Assembly: GCA_016928575.1 (NCBI GenBank)
Contig: JAFGKK010000012.1
Location: 7,245-71,244 of the forward strand
Length of the DNA: 64,000 nt
Source: Anaerolineales bacterium
GTDB taxonomy: Bacteria > Chloroflexota > Anaerolineae > Anaerolineales > RBG-16-64-43
Reading direction: 5' to 3'
Of this stretch, positions 63,298 to 64,000 are shown one piece after another; the stretch's first letter is position 1; each line of letters opens with the position of its first letter. The notes under the pieces were generated by a model. It did no database searches. It was not told where the DNA came from and saw only the letters and a program-made list of their open reading frames with translations. The position numbers and the translations under genes are program-made.

Positions 63298-64000
63298 ATG
63301 ACGGCCAAGGTACTCACCATCACCTCGGGAAAGGGCGGCGTGGGCAAGACCACCGCCACCGCCAACATCGGAGTTGCGCTGGCCTCGCTCGGCCAGAAAG
63401 TGGTGTGCATCGACAGCGACATCGGCCTGCGCAACCTTGACGTCGTCATGGGGCTGGAGAACCGGATCGTCTACGATCTGGTGGACGTGATCGAAGGGCG
63501 CGCCCGCCTGCGGCAGGCGATGATCAAAGACAAGCGCCTCCCCGAACTGTACCTGATCCCGGCCGCGCAGACGCGCGACAAAACCTCGGTCTCCCCCAGC
63601 GACATGGTCCGGCTGTGCGACGAATTGCGGCCGGAGATGGATTGGGTGCTGATCGACAGCCCGGCCGGGATCGAACGCGGATTCCGCAACGCGATCGCGG
63701 CCACCGACACCGCGCTGATCGTCACCAACCCGGAGGTCTCAGCGGTGCGCGACGCCGACCGGATCATCGGTCTGCTGGAAGCCGAGGAAAAGGGGCCGGG
63801 AAAGCTGATCATCAACCGGATCAAACCGGAGCTGGTGGAACGGGGCGACATGCTCGACACCGCGGACGTCTTGGAGATCCTGGCCGTCGAGTTGATCGGC
63901 ATGATTCCCGAGGACGAGACGGTGCTGATCGCGACCAACCGCGGAAATCCGGCCGCGCTTGATCCGAAGAGCAAAGCCGGTCAGGCGTTCCGCGACATCG
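63298..64000 (+). CDS. minD: Septum site-determining ATPase MinD, 3'-truncated by the window edge; not in the ORF track
   Basis: My translation: MTAKVLTITSGKGGVGKTTATANIGVALASLGQKVVCIDSDIGLRNLD... (deviant Walker A). GAGGAG SD; open to nt 64000. Confidence 0.95.
   Translation, partial: MTAKVLTITSGKGGVGKTTATANIGVALASLGQKVVCIDSDIGLRNLDVVMGLENRIVYDLVDVIEGRARLRQAMIKDKRLPELYLIPAAQTRDKTSVSPSDMVRLCDELRPEMDWVLIDSPAGIERGFRNAIAATDTALIVTNPEVSAVRDADRIIGLLEAEEKGPGKLIINRIKPELVERGDMLDTADVLEILAVELIGMIPEDETVLIATNRGNPAALDPKSKAGQAFRDI

Noticed and set aside
1-64000. Search for tRNA/rRNA/tmRNA/RNase P hallmarks (GTTCGAATC-type T-loops, AGGAAAGTCC, terminal tCCACCA, 16S/23S blocks) and for transposase, integrase or phage genes
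   Set aside because: None was found by eye on either strand. The few ttcgaa-containing strings lie inside well-supported coding regions. An automated tRNAscan/Infernal run is still advisable.

Overview
High-GC (about 65% by eye) bacterial chromosomal window. Gene content and synteny point to a Terrabacteria lineage, probably Chloroflexota; this is inference only. The supporting synteny is fhaA-fhaB-SEDS/PBP, the SCO1664/DUF3090/phosphomutase trio, a GerMN lipoprotein, and mreBCD-PBP2-minCD. I support about 62 protein genes. Three of them are missing from the ORF track: a 59-aa DUF1508 gene, a 55-aa basic protein gene upstream of kamA, and the 3'-open minD. Most genes are housekeeping: mutS2, trpS, dtd, purB, era, rarA, xseAB, proS, miaA, tyrS, murJ, msrB, mreBCD, mrdA and minCD. 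I found no rRNA, tRNA, CRISPR array, transposase or integrase. The many long ORFs antisense to real genes, or out of frame with them, are GC-driven shadow ORFs. The best candidate for an undescribed system is the minus-strand cluster at 35.9-41.0 kb. It encodes a 55-aa Arg/Lys-rich protein, a bona fide lysine 2,3-aminomutase, a Ddl-like ATP-grasp ligase, a small GNAT, and a second separately promoted Ddl-like ATP-grasp ligase. This suggests ligation or acylation of beta-lysine. Other notable items: (1) a SEDS glycosyltransferase fused to a class-B PBP domain that has lost SxxK, SxN and KTG, coupled to fhaA/fhaB. (2) A larE-larB operon packed with two methyltransferases, an atypical HAD hydrolase, a D-2-hydroxyacid dehydrogenase and a lactate permease, with larC 7 kb away and no larA in the window. 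(3) A low-GC island carrying a probable remnant of a restriction/helicase nuclease gene. (4) An SBP / SBP-vWA / coiled-coil membrane trio. (5) Tandem degenerate GGDEF paralogs. (6) Several apparently leaderless promoters, with a -10 box 7-8 nt from the start codon. (7) A varied set of intergenic REP-like hairpin families, one showing a compensatory stem substitution.
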